NCBI GenBank assembly: GCA_032718475.1
Contig: JAUCBJ010007293.1
Span: forward strand, 1,165 to 65,164
Length of the DNA: 64,000 nt
From: Nemertoderma westbladi
Taxonomy: Eukaryota > Animalia > Xenacoelomorpha
Direction of reading: 5' to 3'
Shown here: positions 63,301 to 64,000 of the stretch, piece after piece
Layout: each line of letters starts with the position of its first letter
How positions within the stretch are numbered: the stretch's first letter is position 1
The notes under the pieces: generated by a model
Databases searched by the model: none
Told to the model about the DNA's origin: nothing
What the model saw: only the letters and a program-made list of their open reading frames with translations
Position numbers and translations under genes: made by a program

Positions 63301-64000
63301 AAATATTGAGAGTAAAAATAAGGCGTATAAAAATATCGAGTGTTAAAAATTTTCGATAATTTTGAGAGTTCAAAAAATATTGAGAGTAAAAATATCGAGT
63401 GTTGAAAAATAACGAGAGTAAAAATATCGAGAGTAAAATAAAAATATCTAGAGTAAAAATATCTAGAGTAAAAATATCTAGAGTAAAAATATCGAGTGTT
63501 GAAAAATATCGAGAGAAAAAATCTCGAGAGTAAAAATAATGAGTGTTGAAAAATTTCTAGAGTAAAAATTTCGAGTGTTGAAAAATATCAAGAGTAAAAA
63601 TATCAAGAGTAAAAATATCGAGCGTAAAAATTACAAGTATTGAAAAATAACGCGATTAAAAAATATCGAGCGTAAAAATATTGCGAGTAAAAATAATGTG
63701 AACATTTTATTTAGAATTATGGCACAATATTGCACAACAGTGCAATATTCGGGTACAACAGTGCAAGTGCAAATAAATGGCATTAATACACCTTGGTGGA
63801 TACCCATTGACCATTATACTAGCTAGTTCTTGCTATTTTTATTATAATTATTATAGATGTGCTACTGTAGCTCTCAATTTTGATAAATATTTTTGTTCTA
63901 GAACACATCTTTTTTGTTCTATAACATTTTTAGGAAACAAATTATCATATAACCCTTATTTTAAAAAATTATTACTCTCGATAATTATCAAAACTCGTTA
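60050..64000 (+). repeat. Segmental duplication unit C (runs off the window end)
   Basis: Near-identical to 50261-53550, but retains the block deleted in unit B. Confidence 0.92.

Overview
Eukaryotic (animal-like, AT-rich) heterochromatin-style window; no prokaryotic features, RNA genes or CRISPR arrays were found. The host content is a birth-and-death cluster of intronless SLC18B1-like MFS transporter genes: three full or near-full ORFs (38-1258 +, 12183-13433 -, 54017-55300 +), one half-gene and at least four pseudogenes in two sequence classes. The cluster is built from recent segmental duplications (about 12.8-21.8 kb, 42.5-53.5 kb and 60-64 kb) with an inversion and templated-filler junctions. 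It is densely invaded by Bel/Pao LTR retrotransposons, an RTE LINE, a Sola-type DNA transposon, a TTAA/piggyBac-type element and foldback elements. The most unusual signal is in the Bel/Pao element at 1797-7228. It has no tRNA-type primer-binding site. Its LTR/leader junction is instead perfectly complementary over 15 nt to a sequence inside its own LTR, and the next 12 nt complement the LTR 5' terminus. This suggests Tf1-like self-primed reverse transcription plus RNA end-pairing. All calls are by eye and no database searches were run.
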